From Antedon mediterranea (taxonomy: Eukaryota > Animalia > Echinodermata): a DNA stretch of 64,000 nucleotides. Shown piece by piece: positions 29,794 through 42,800 of this stretch. A model generated the notes under the pieces. It was not told the origin of the DNA. It made no database searches and saw only the letters and a list, made by a program, of their open reading frames with translations. Numbering within the stretch: the first letter of the stretch is position 1; every line of letters begins with the position of its first letter. Where the stretch lies: the NCBI RefSeq assembly GCF_964355755.1, contig NC_092674.1, forward strand, positions 17,484,001-17,548,000, in the 5' to 3' direction. The position numbers and the translations under genes were made by a program.

Positions 29794-30116
29794 TTGTTTG
29801 TTTGTTTGTTCATTTTTATACTGGGTGACCTCTTCAGTCAAAGACTGATCTCCCAGAGGACCCAGTTGGTGATCAGTGGCTGTGATGTACTAATACACCG
29901 GGGTAACCCCCTACTCGTCTCGAAAGATGTACTAGGTTCTTTAAAGTGCACACGAGCTAGTTGTGTACACTTGACCTACGGTTTATAGTCCTTATCCGAG
30001 AAGACTCGTTCTACCACCAGAACCATGGAGTGAGTGAGCCTCGAACCCTTGCCGATGTTATGGCTACGTAATTACGGTTCCACTGTCTTAACCGCTCGGC
30101 CACTCACTCACTCACT
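29794..30116 (-). mobile_element. tRNA-derived SINE with a Deu/Nin-like central domain
   Basis: On the minus strand: A box TGGCCGAGCGG, B box GGTTCGAGGC, central TCGGATAAGGACTATAAACCG..TTAAAGAACC..GAGTAGGGG..CCCGGTGT resembling the DeuSINE core, and an (AAAC)n tail; interrupts gag. Confidence 0.8.
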
Positions 30117-30242
30117 ACGACGCGTTTTTCATCAAGGCAGAGAAATCTGCAACAATTATAACGGTGATAGAGGGTGTGTAAAGATAAACTGCAATTTAGC
30201 TCACATTTGCTTGTTATGTAAAGGCGGCCACTCACAGTCAGC

Positions 30243-31297
30243 ATGCAGGTGGTAAAAAAACGGACAGGGGCCTCAAGTGATAGAGGCCACTGCACAACGT
30301 TAAACGAACCCGCTAACTATGATACAACAATAACCACCCCTATAAATATTGAACAGCTTCATAAGCATATGGCGCTGTGTCCAAACCCGTATCTAAAGAA
30401 CTATTTGTTAGACGGGTTGGTATATGGTTTTTCTACAGGTATCAAATCACTTCCAGAGCAATTGATTGAATGTAAGAACTTAAAATCGGCTACAAGGCAA
30501 CCCGATACGGTTGCTGAATTGGTAAAAACAGAAGTTACCAAGGGATATTTATTAGGCCCATAAAATGTTATTCCATACAAACAATATCGCATAAACCCTA
30601 TCGGTATCGCAGAAGGTAAATATTCCAACAAAAAGAGACTAATCGTTGACTTGTCCGCTCCGCACGATGATTTAACAACCCGAGCTTGAACGAACTTATA
30701 GATAAAGATCAGTATTCACTACAATACGTCAAAATAGACGACGCTATTAGAATGATTAAAAATCAAGGTCGTGGAGCATTATTGATAAAAACAGATATAA
30801 CTGACGCATTCAAATTAATACCCATCCACCCAGGACTGAGAGGCTACCATGGAATTAAATGGAACGAACAATATTACTTCTTTAAACAACTTGTTTTTGG
30901 TTGTCGTTCAAGTCCAAAAATAGTTGACACACTATCCCAAGCAGTTTGTTGGATAGCTTATAACATTCATAATATTCTTCATCTTCTGGACGATTTTCTT
31001 GTAATAGAATCTCCGACGGCAAACGCACATTCAACCAAAATGCGTTTTCTGGATATGTTTAAAACCCTTGGTATTCCGCTATCAGAAAAGAAATCAGAAG
31101 GACCTTCTACGTCGTTAGAATACCTCGATATATACCTCGATTCGATTAACATGGAAGCGAGACTACCAACAGAAAAAATAGCTAGAATTAGAAATATTAC
31201 AACGGAATTCAGTAAGCGTGCCTCCTGTACAAAAAGAGAATTATTGAGTCTCTTGGGGCATTTAAATTTTGCTTGTAGGGTCATACACCCTGGGCGT
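30243..31297 (+). pseudogene. DIRS-type reverse transcriptase (stop codon and frameshift)
   Basis: TPINIEQL..GFSTG..EVTKGYLLGP*..KKRLIVDLS, then NELIDK..DDAIR..FGCRSSP..LDDFL..SLLGHLNFACRVIHPGR; ends at an inversion breakpoint. Confidence 0.88.
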
Positions 31298-31706
31298 GTT
31301 TTGCATTACAAATGTTTTGCGACTTCTTAATCCCTCGTAACACATAGTGGAGTCTGTTTGCCCCCACTGTAACATCTCGTAAACCTGCTTTAATATAATG
31401 GAAACGTATTCCCGCCAGATACAAGTTTATTGTTTCAAATTTCAGATCTAGCGCTTTTTTGCAATGGGTAACAAAGTATATAAGTTGGTCCTCGTCAATT
31501 AGCGGAAGTGTTGCTTTCTTTACTGGTACGCCTGACATGGTCAAGAATGTTAGGAAACACCGCAATGCAGATTTATATACTCTCTTCGTAGAATCAGAAA
31601 TAGAGTTGTCCCATAACTGTTCGACTTGTAGTTTCAATTCATTAGAAGCTCTGAATGGTGTACGCATGGTGTCGGAAGAGCATTGGCTGTTGGTACAAGC
31701 CGTCAA
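31298..31706 (-). pseudogene. N-terminal (core-binding/SAM-like) part of the tyrosine recombinase; catalytic domain missing
   Basis: SISDSTKRVYKSALRCF..LIYFVTHC..LKFETINLYLAGIRFHY..VLRGIKK, typical of DIRS YR N-termini; no R-H-R-Y catalytic region follows. Confidence 0.75.
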
Positions 31707-32229
31707 AATTTCTGCATCTGGTGGCGAGAAAGAGCATCAGCTATAACGTTATGTTTCCCTGCAATATGAGTAGCGCATATATGATAATTATGGATAGCAG
31801 AATGATATGTTAGTTTCCTCATCAGTTTCATAATATCAGGTATTCTGGACCTACCCTTGGAGACGATTTCAACCGTGGCCATATTATCGCAAAGGAACAT
31901 TATTCGGTTTCTAGCCCAATTATTACTCCATAATACACATGCCATGACGATGGGATAAAGTTCAAAGAACGCCATAGACGTCTTGTCCGTAAGGTATATT
32001 TGTGGGAAATTTCCCTGAAACCATTCGTTCCGATATATACCACCAAAAGATGTGCGTGTTGCATCGGTGTACAGCGAAATGTCATTAGCAATTGTGATAT
32101 TATCATTTAAAAAGAAAGATACACCATTCCAGTGTTTTAAAAACAGGGACCACATCGCTAAATCTGCTCTACAATCTTTGTTGATACGTACATGATGGTG
32201 TAGTTTCTTTTTTAGGCTGATTAAATAGT
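31703..32229 (-). pseudogene. DIRS-type RNase H (inverted segment)
   Basis: YLISL..DLAMWSLFLKHWNG..YTDAT..FGG..FELYPIVMA..CDNMATV..KGRS..HIAGKHNVIADALSR. Confidence 0.85.
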
Positions 32230-32878
32230 AGCCCCCTGCCACTGCTTCATGTTGTATATATAAAAAAAAAAAAAATAAAAAAAATGGATCTTCATCCAAA
32301 TACACATGTTCGGCTAGGGTAGCGCTTATCTTCCCATTGGATCTTCATCCAATTATCCAAGCCTCCCTACCACTGCTTCATGTTGTATATATATAAAAAA
32401 AATGGATCTTCATCCAAATACACATGTTCGGCTAGGGGAGCGCATATTCCGCCAAAACCCTCCATGTCTCCGTTCTCATCCATAATAGCAACAATAAAAT
32501 AATATACATATAACTAAAATACTATCTTTGGGGGCTTCTACTAATTTTATTCGCTCATTTGGCTGGTATAATTCTGGGGAATTATTTTGCCCCCAATTTC
32601 CACAATTTACCTCACGGATGTCACTTTACATCCTTAACTTACCGATATACTTAATAACAACCATTTGATTTACTCGCTCCTGTGACAATACACTGGACCT
32701 TTAATACAGCGATGTCATATGAGTGGTAGCCCCCAAGAGGCCAAATGTAGTTTATTATTAAGCTTTAGTAGTATTTAGCATTGCTTGTACGGTATCAGTA
32801 GAAATAAATATTATGTATTGTTAAATGTATACTCTTAATAAACTGGGAAAGCATTACTTATTTGTGTTGTGTGTAAAA

Positions 32879-34382
32879 GCATAATTATTGGATTTTAAAA
32901 AGTGGGACATTTTTCGAAAAAAATTCCTATGGTCCCCCGCAGGAAAATTTTTCGAAAAATGGCCAAATTTTTACCCTTTTATTTTTTGACATAACTAGTT
33001 ACTATGGCTCTATAAGATTATGTTAGCACAATATATTTGCATAAATGGCAATATTATAGCATAATTATTTAATTTTAAAAAGTGGAAAATTTTGGCATTT
33101 TTCGACCCTTTTATTTTTTGACATAACTAATTACTATGTCTCTATAAGATGATGTTAGCACAATATATGTGCATAAATGGCAATATTATAGCATAATTTT
33201 TGAATTTTAGACAGTTTAAATTTTGGCCATTTTTCAAAAAAAAAATTCCATAGGTCCCCCGCAGGGAAATTTTTGGGAAAATGGCGAAATTCGACCCTTT
33301 TATTTTTTGACATAACTAGTTACTAAGGCTCTATAAGATGATTTTAGCACAATATATTTGCATAAATGGCAATATTATAGTATAATTATTTAATTTTAAA
33401 AAGTGGAAAATGTTGGCATTTTTCGACCCTTTTATTTTTTGACATAACTAGTTACTATGTCTCTATAAGATGATGTTAGCACAATATATGTGCATAAATG
33501 GCAATATTATAGCATAATTTTTTAATTTTAGAAAGTTTAAATTTTGGCCATTTTTAAAAAAAAAATTCCTTTGGTCCCCCGCAGGGAAATTTTCGGAAAA
33601 TGGCCAAATTTCGACCATTTTATTTTTTTACATAACTAGTTACTATGGCTCTATAAGATGATGTTAGCAAAATATATCTGTATAAATGGCAATATTATAG
33701 CATAATTATTTAATTTTAAAAAGTGGAAAATGTTGCCATTTTTTGACCCTTTTATTTTTTAACATAAGTAGCCGCTATGTCTCTTTAAAATGATGTTAGC
33801 ACAATATATTTGCATAAATGGCAATATTATAGCATAATTTTTGGATTTTTTAAAAAGTGGACATTTTTGCCATTTTTCAAAAAAAATCCTATGGTCCCCC
33901 ACAAGAAAATTTTCGAAAAATGGCCAAATTTCAATCCTTTTATTTTTTGACATAACTAGTTACTATGGCTCTATAAGATCATGTTAGCACAATATATTTG
34001 TATAAATGGCAATATTATAGCATATTTTTCGAATTTTAAAAAGTGGAAATTTTGGTTATTTCTCGAAAAAATTCCTGTGGTCCGCAGGGAAATTGTCGGA
34101 AAATTGCCAAATTTCGACACTTTTATTTTTTGACATAACTATTTACTATGGCTCTATAAGATGATGTTAACACAATATATGTTCATAAATGGATATATTA
34201 TAGCCTAATTATTGAATTTTAAATGGTAGACATTTTGGTTATTTTTCGAAAAAATTCCTGTCGTCCCCCAACCGGAAATTTTCGGAAAATGGCCAAATTT
34301 CGACCCTTTTATTTTTTGACATAACTAGTTACTATGTCTCTATAAGATGATGTTAGCACAATATATGTACATAAATGGCAAT
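32879..34382 (+). repeat. Satellite A array
   Basis: Same unit as the other satellite A arrays. Confidence 0.95.
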
Positions 34383-34794
34383 AAATTAAGTGTAGCGCCC
34401 CCAACGTTCATATCGTTTTATGGAGTAGCGATTCCGAAAACATATTGTATACAAACCACACGAGGTACCCGGAAGCGATCAAGCATAAAACGACTGTATT
34501 TTAATAGCCAATAAAAACAAATAAAAACCGCGAAAGCCAGAAAAATAATGAATATTCATTAGAACAACCCTAGATGAAGGTGAAAAAGATGTTGATGTCG
34601 TTTTATCACGTGGATTTTCAGAGGGAATCTAACTGAAAGTTAACCAACATTGTATACTCAACGCCAGTTTTTTTCTCAAGTGATACATTTAAAAAGTAGG
34701 TATAAATTTTTTTTTCCATATCAGTTTAAAAATAATTTTTTCTGTTGAATTCTTTGATTTAGTTGGATACTATAGTTATCCTTGAATGTTTTAA

Positions 34795-36175
34795 AGTGGA
34801 GCTCCACCCAGAAAATTACTATTTTTCATACATTTCAACGATTATTTAAAAATATCATCGCTTATACTTCATATTTTTTTGAAATTTTTTTCAATGAGTA
34901 CGATTTTCTTGAAAATCACGCCTTTTTGCGTTTTGGGGGGATACCTTGTAATTTCCTATTCTTTGACATGCAAAAGGGGGGTATATTTGAATAATCCTAA
35001 AAAATTCATTTCTTCACCAAAAAAAAAATGTAAAATGTATATTTATGTAATTTTTCCAGATCTTTCTATTTCTGGTATTTTTATCACGTATACATTGCGC
35101 AATTTTGCGTAAATAGACACTTTCCCCCGTTCGGGTCCAATTGGGTTTTTTATTTTGCTAGGGAGTACGATCACGTGACATTTTTCACAATCACACTACA
35201 CTGCAGCTGGCGATCTGTTATTTTGTCGCGATGTTATTTTTGACGGGCGAAAAGTATATTAAAACATTCTGAATGTGACCCTATTATGTTTCACAGTGTA
35301 ATAATGTGATTATGAGACTATTACTAAAATGTCAAATTTAACGAGATTTGAGAAAGACGTGGCTATATATTCAATAAAGCTAGGCCTAGGCCTACTAGAG
35401 TGTAGGTATGTACCGATGCTGCGTGGCCTCTAGCTAGGCTAGGCTGACAGCAGTGAAGTTTGTTTTGCTGGCACCCGACCTTGGCCTACCCATGGGCCAT
35501 GATAGGGTGCCTGAATAGTTGCTTTTCAGTCAGGTCTAAGCTTGCACATCGCTTTACTACTCTTGTTCTGTATACTATAGGATTTTGTGTTTCACAATTC
35601 TTAATGTGCGAGAAAACCCAGGAACGATAAATGGGGCAAAACGACCATGCCTATGAATACATAGGCCTCTAGACAAAAATTCAAGGCTAGCTAGGCTGAG
35701 CAGAAGCTGAGCTAGGCCTAGCCCTAGCTTAAAGTTAAAAGCAATCTGATAAGATTATTATGCTGTTGTTGTACAGTGAAAATCATGAGGTTACATGTAA
35801 ATTATAATGACATTCTTATCGGAAATATTACTTAGGCCTAAACAAATCGTATTAATTAATTGTGTGTATAAAATTTATTCCCCATTTTTCGACACATAAT
35901 TTACCAAAGGGGAGACATTTCATCAATGCGTTGACCGGCGACTAAAACGCGTCAGTCGCTAAGTGTAACGCGTTTGCGACGTATTGTAAACTAATAACCC
36001 CTAAGTTACTGAAAAACTGTAATGTGTTAAAAAACACTATTTTCTGACCAATTTTTTAGAAATGATTTTTAGGAAAATATTTCCGTATTTGTCCTGTTTT
36101 TTTTTTATGTAATCACTTTCAATTAAACATACTTAAACATAATATAAGCTGAGAAAGTCTGAGTGTAGCTCCACT
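34795..36175. mobile_element. Non-autonomous Kolobok-like element
   Basis: TIR AGTGGAGCTCCACCCAGA / AGTGGAGCTACACTCAGA; TTAA TSD (34791-34794, 36176-36179); AG termini. Confidence 0.8.
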
Positions 36176-36887
36176 TTAACAAGGTTCGTATTCATATAGC
36201 CTGGCTGGATTTTTTCCTATGCTAGCTAGGCCCAGGCCCCCTTGCGTGGTTAAAACCAGCTGTGTAAGACTAATGGCTGTGTATTTTTAACAGGTAAACA
36301 TGTCTGTTCTGGGGCCTGAGTGACAGTTTAAAGCTGTTTCTAGTAGGCTAGCCTGGTCCTAATTAATAATAAGGCCTAGCCTAGGACCTAGCTAGGCCTA
36401 AGATATTTTAAAAATCATATTGGGAGGGGAGTTACACTACAGTAGGTCAGGCTACATGCCTATACTATATATAAAATATAGGCTACATCATCAGCAGGTT
36501 AAGGCCTAGCAGCCTACCTAAACCTGTCTTAGTCAAAGATAAGTTCTCGGGGTGTAATATATTAAAAGAAAGAAGCTATAGAGTACTGTGACATTAGATA
36601 TTTAATTATAACAAATGTATATTTCTTTCATATTTGTATTGTATATTTATTATTAATACAGTATTTTGATATGCAATCAAAATCTGAATCAGTATATAAC
36701 ATCAATTTCAATAAATATTTAATATATTAAAACCAAATTAAAATAAAATAACTTCCAAAAATTCAATTACAATTCATATACCATTTGTTAATATTTCCAA
36801 AATCATTGTTCTGGCAATAACAAAAAAACCACTACCATTCATAATATGTACAATACTGTAACAATTAACTGAGTGAGAAATAGCAAA

Positions 36888-39800
36888 CTATTCCTCAACT
36901 TTTCTGCACTTGGGCCTAGTCACCTCATGCTGGATCTCGGGTGAAATAAAAGTCAGATGTGACTTCATGATTGACATAAGCTGGTCAAGGTTGCTCTTTA
37001 ATCCATATACCGCCCTTTTCCGGCGATTAAATTCTGAGTGGATTAATTCGCCGCCTTGCTCAGCTCAGAGTCCAACTCCTACTCTCCATTCTTTCATAAA
37101 CGGTATTGTGTGGTGCTCCAACATGTGCAATTTTGGTTGAATCACATTTGGAGCGATGCGTCTGTATTCTTTGGAGAACAGTTGTATGTAGGTTTCTGTT
37201 TTGTGAAAAAATTGTTTTTTTAAATTTTAACATTTTATTTGAAAGATGTATTGTCTTTTGAAATGACAAAAAATCATGAATTAAATTTTAATGTAACAAG
37301 AAAGTTTATAAATGAGAATTTAAATTATACAGATGTTAATCACACATTAAGAATAAATAAAACCAGACAAAATTCACATTTTTTGGTCATCAGTTTTTGC
37401 TTACCATATTGATCTATTTCTGAATCAGTGATGCGCCTAGTATGGTTTATGCATTCATGGACAATAGTAAAGGTTTTGAATACAGGTGTAAATGATTCCT
37501 GTATCTTGTGCAATTTTGTTTCAAGCAGTTGCTTACAGTTTGTAGGACAGTGATGTATCTGTTGCTTTAAAGTCATTGAGACACCATCCATGAGCTTTTC
37601 TATGATGTTGAACTAAAAATAAAATGAATAGTTTAAAATAAAACATTTACAGTATGGCGAGAGTCAATCGCAAATAATTCTTAATTTTATTACTAATTTT
37701 GCTGTGTAAAAATTAACGAACTTCACATTTTAGGAATTTTAGTTACTCACTTTGCATGCTCTGTATACATGGTTTCCCACAAAACTCTTTCCGTGGTACT
37801 GCTGTCGAGGAATTTTATTTTTCCTCAACACCTCGTCCATTTTTGTACATAGAGGTCCAGTTCCAAATTTTATCTCTTGGTTCATAGTACTTCGGTATAT
37901 AAAATATAAAAGAAATATAGCATTAATTTTTATAGTAATGTATTGTATGTTTTAGACATAATTTTAAATTTTAAAGGTGTATACTGTAGTACTGACCAAG
38001 TCTTTGACCTCTTGTTCTTTCAGATTTATTATGTGGCCAGTCTCTGCAATCTCTGCAATCTTGTTATGCTGTTTTGTCACAAGTGACACTGAGAGCTCGT
38101 TTCTTAAATCCTCAAGATTCTCTTCTAAAGACTGGATTAATTTTAATCATTGTAGCATTTCGATGCGCTGCAGCTTCTGATATGCTTTTCTCAAAGTCTG
38201 CTAGATGATCACCTGAGATTATACAATATTGGTCAATCGAATAAATTTCAATCTGCATCAAAAATGTGCATCAAAATTAGTATATTTAAAAAATGTTAAT
38301 GATAATATGGATAATTCATAGAAAAATAAGTTTCAGCCAAAGGTTTGTTTATTATGCATAAAAACAGGATAAACAATTTCGAAATTTACTGAATTCTATG
38401 CGGAAAGGGACAATGTATATTTAAAAAGCAACTTGACCAATTGAGTTTATTTAATGTCAATGTAAAGTTGAAACAACATTTGAAGTTACCAGTCAAGATG
38501 TCACCATCCTGTCGCATGTTAAAAATTATAACATCAAGATTGTGCACGTCTTTTTCCAGCATATCATAGAGTTTTTTAAACAACCCAAGAGAAATGTGTA
38601 ATGCTGGTATTGACACCTGGAAAAATAGTTGATTGAGGAAATATTTAATAAAGAGGTATATTTATAAATTACTGTAACAATTGTTTGTTTTGACAGTTAT
38701 TTTATACTAACATTGTTATTTAATATGGAAGTACAAACACACATTTCATTGTTTGGAGTGTGTATTAAACTTTCTAAATTGAGATTTTAAATAATTTTGA
38801 ATTTAACCTAACATAAACACTGGGGACCTGTGCTGTTATGATTATTTACCTACCCTGTTTAATTCGATGTCTACCAGGTATGGCCTAACAACGCTGTGCG
38901 ATATTGTTTTGCTTTTTTTTTGTCACTCCCATGGTCTACAAAAGACTTGTAGTCACGATTGTAGGTCTTGAGACATCTACAGGCTTAAGGAACATTGTTG
39001 TTTCTAATGTCATCTTGATTACAAAAACAATAGATGCAACTGTACTTTCCTTTAAAAAAAATCAATTTTTAAATCTACATAATATATATAGTACTTCAGT
39101 TTTGTGTAACAAATGCCAAACAATGAGAGCTAATAGCCAAAATATAAAAAAAAAATTGTATTGAAACTGGAAATTGTACTTACCATTTGGGCCAACAAGT
39201 CCATATACCTTTGACAAAAAATCATAATCCCCAAAAAAGAATAGGCGGATATTTTGAGTTCTGTAAAATGAGAAGTTATTTTCATTCAATTACCATGAAT
39301 TCTAATTAATTACATTAATCATAATTAAAGATATACAAATTATGTAAAATTTTCAAATTAAGTTGCATATTATAATTATGTAGCTCTGCTATATACTTAA
39401 GTCAGTGTTACTCATTCCAATATTATACTACTGTATTTAATATTACTTTTTGGTCTTTGGTGAGGTCCACTGGTTTTCATCTAAATCCATGACTTCATCA
39501 AGAACCAGTTTCAAGCCTTTTTCGACATTAACTATAAAATCTGGTGCTTGGAATGCAAAAATGACAATAATATTGTGCTGTGCATTGGGTTTAGGTAAAC
39601 TGCAAATTTGAACTTCAAATTTAGTGGTATCACCACCCTTGTCTCCTCCAAACTTGAGAAATATATCTCCATCTTTGAAGAAGTTCAATTCATCAGACCT
39701 ACAAAATTTAAAATTGCTTGATTATTTTGTTAAAAAATTAAATATAATTTAAGTCTTCCCTGACTAGATGTGTAATTATTTGTGTACAGCCAAATCAAAA

Positions 39801-42800
39801 CCAGGCATTTGTCGTAAATGTGACATTTTGAGTTTTATAGGTATTTGTACAGAGCACATAATTTGCTTTAAAATACTGAAAAAATTATTCAATTTGGTCA
39901 AGTATTTTTAGAGTTATGATACAATAAGTAAAGAAATACAAGTAAGAATTCATTTTTATTTAGCAGTGAAAAATGCATTCAAAGATAAACAATAGTTCAA
40001 ACAGGAAGTTTAAATGTGCTGGCAGACAGCGACTCATGTTCACCTTGACAACGCTAACTTCTAGTATACCTATGACTTTGAAATTTAGCACAAATGTAAC
40101 TAATACATTTTTCTATAATCATTGAAATTTTCAAAGAAATCCAGTAACATTAACATTGTCAAATGAGACTTCAAATAACAACATACGTTAGTACACTTTT
40201 TTTTACTAAACTTATGATTGTTATGTGTGAGGCTTGTAATAACTATAAATAAGTACTATAAATAAGTACTATTAATAAATTTAAAAAATACAACACATAG
40301 AAATGAACCAAAATTAATGATACACAGACAGTTGATTGTGTTTGATGTGTTTAAATTTATTTACAATTGGTACACTTTAAATTATAACATTTTGGTCATT
40401 TCAGGCTGCGTGTTACAACAGTATTATCATCTTTTGTGCCGGGTCATTTAAATACATTCATATTTTTCGATACAATTATTTCACGGTTTTATTCAGGGTT
40501 ACGTTGCATAATAGAATACATGTGTCATGTATCATCAGAATCAAAGTCATTTTTGTAAAGTTATATTAAGCACCGTATCACCATTATTGGAGTTGTTTGA
40601 GAAGAGAAAGTAGCAACAGCATCACCACCACTGTCAAAACTATTGTATTGGTATTACATTACAGTATTACCAATCAAGATCTGAAAACAGAATGAAAAAT
40701 TAAATTAAACTTTTTTAAACACATTTAAAAATCTTTTTTTTTTTGGGCTAGGCCTAGACCAAGGTATGCTAGGTGGTTTTACTAGGCTAACTTGAAGTAC
40801 TAAGCTGGCATACAGTTCATCTCTTATCTTATGCCTAGGCTAGGCCTAATATTTTGATCAAAAGTGTTTCTGTGTTCACCAAACTGAGTGTGTTGCGCTA
40901 TAAAGTCATTTCGTACTTTCTAACCTCTTGTTGTTTATGATTCGCTAGCGAAGCCAATATTTCTACTTTTCATATTATATAAATCATTAAACTATTCCAT
41001 GTTGTTTTAGTATTATCTAGGATGCATAAATAGCAAGTATGAATTAATATTGAATGTTTTTTACAGTAAGAATGTTTTGTTAAAACCTTACCGCTTCCTC
41101 AGTGTACTTTGAATAGCTGTTAAAGGCAAATTTAACGCTTCAATGACTTGAGCCACTCTGTTAGCCAATCAAATTGCCTGTTTCAGGATTCCGTAGCAAC
41201 AAGACTGGTTTGCTTATACCAAAAGGTTATTAAAGAATGTGTTTGATTGGCTATACTATTATTTTACATGACCTACAACCTTTATCTTTGGAAAGATTTT
41301 TTCACGAGCTTTCTAAAAATACCACACATTAAGGGGTCTTCTCATAATCAAAGAGGTAAAAGTTGGTTAGAAATAGACACAAATTACAGAATAGAACTTG
41401 ATTTTTTCACCAAAGACGAAAAAGGGGGTCTCATTAAAATGTTATTTTCATTGATTTATACTTATAATTTCTTTAAAATACATAGATTTTTGGAATCTAC
41501 GGTAAATTTTCTGTAAGATTATTTAAAAAACTAAAAATGGTCAAGATATAGGTTTTACACATTCAGAAGCATTTTACAGAAATCCCTTGCTGCCGACAAA
41601 CGCCTGGTTTTGGTTTGGCGGTACACATTTTATTCTTGTATTTATACCAAATGCGATCTATTATAGTATATATAATTTGTGCCAATGATACAGTACTGAT
41701 GTATGAAATAGGTTTGTTTAAAAAATAACAACAAAAAATATTACATACATATCATATTTGTTTAGGTAGTCATAGATTAGTTCTTTGATTTTGGTTAGTC
41801 GGACTACTGCAACCTCCTCCAAAACAAGACCTCCTATAGATGTGGCTCCATCTCGTTTGACAAACATGTATTCCATAGAATCTACTATGTGATCACCGAT
41901 AATCTGTTCTTGGCAAATGCGCATTTGCCTTTCAGAAGCCAAAACTCCTGGGCAAAAAAAAATGTATATACAGTACTGATTAATTATAGTTTTTATAGTT
42001 TTCTATAGTATTCTAAATTCAATTTAAAAAGAAGTAAACTGTTGACTGAATAATAGTAAACAGTGGCTGTGTGGCCCGACGGAGGTCCACATACCCGACA
42101 CGAAAAGCAATAATAAAATAAATTACCTCCGCAGTGCTCGTTGCTGGCTCCAATTTATGCGGCAGGCATTCATGATTGCCAAACATCTTTGGGGGTCCAT
42201 TTTCTCTTCAGTACTTGTAACACTAACAGTTGTTGTGCACTCCGATTGTTTAACAATGTTTATTGGCTGAATTTGATCAAATAAAATATTTGTATGATTT
42301 ATCAAATAATAATGTATATGAGTGGATCAAGAGTGTAGGCCTACATTATGATAAATTTAAATTAATTGTAATGGGTTAAAAACTCACCCGTCCTCGAGTC
42401 ATAAGTGACACTTTCTTATTATTCATAAGGTCTTTCCGTACTATGTTGTGTGCCATGCTTTTCAATTCTTTTGGCCAAACCTCATTTGTTTGGGCAGTAC
42501 ATGTAATTTCTTCAACTGCACTTAAAATGTTGGTGAATGCCTGTTCTTTAAACGTTTTGCAAACATGATTGGGGGTTTCTGACCAAACTAATTGAATGTT
42601 ACATTGTTTGCATTGCAAAGGGACTCGTTTAAGCGATTGTTCTACAATAAGTGGAACTGGTTTGAGATCTTGGTCACTGACAATTTTGCTGCAGTTAAAA
42701 CAATCAATTGATTCTCGTCCTACTGCCTTAAACAATTTTTTTATGCAAAATGTACAAAAAAAAATGTTGACAAGATGTCTGTTGGCTGTCAATTGACAAC

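Larger units (their letters stand above)
26170..30255 (+). pseudogene. gag-like ORF1 of the YR retrotransposon, with stop codons, split by a LINE and a SINE
   Basis: N-terminal SAP/LEM-like WSVAKLKGELKKLGI..KKAQLVRLF; resumes at 29151 (ERPSTS..MVETISPAIRQQIVSG..LNIGEFIQAFGIYKNIMC..FSLIAA); Cys/His finger at 30145-30250. Confidence 0.7.
25511..32878 (+). mobile_element. DIRS/Ngaro-type tyrosine-recombinase retrotransposon, degenerate and rearranged
   Basis: gag-like ORF with a CCCH-like finger (ICNNYN..GC...C.L.H.C..C..GH), DIRS-type RT (HLLDDF; KTDITDAFK), RNase H (YTDA..; HIAGKHNVIADALSR), and N-terminal part of a YR. Inserted in satellite A between TATTATAG and CATAATT. Confidence 0.85.

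Noticed and set aside
30020-30116. tRNA gene
   Set aside because: A and B boxes are present but are followed by a SINE body and tail; no canonical cloverleaf.
34383-36887. Convergent RAG2-like gene expected in a ProtoRAG
   Set aside because: No kelch or PHD coding sequence is recognisable; the region is a Kolobok-like insert plus AT- and CTAG-rich non-coding DNA.
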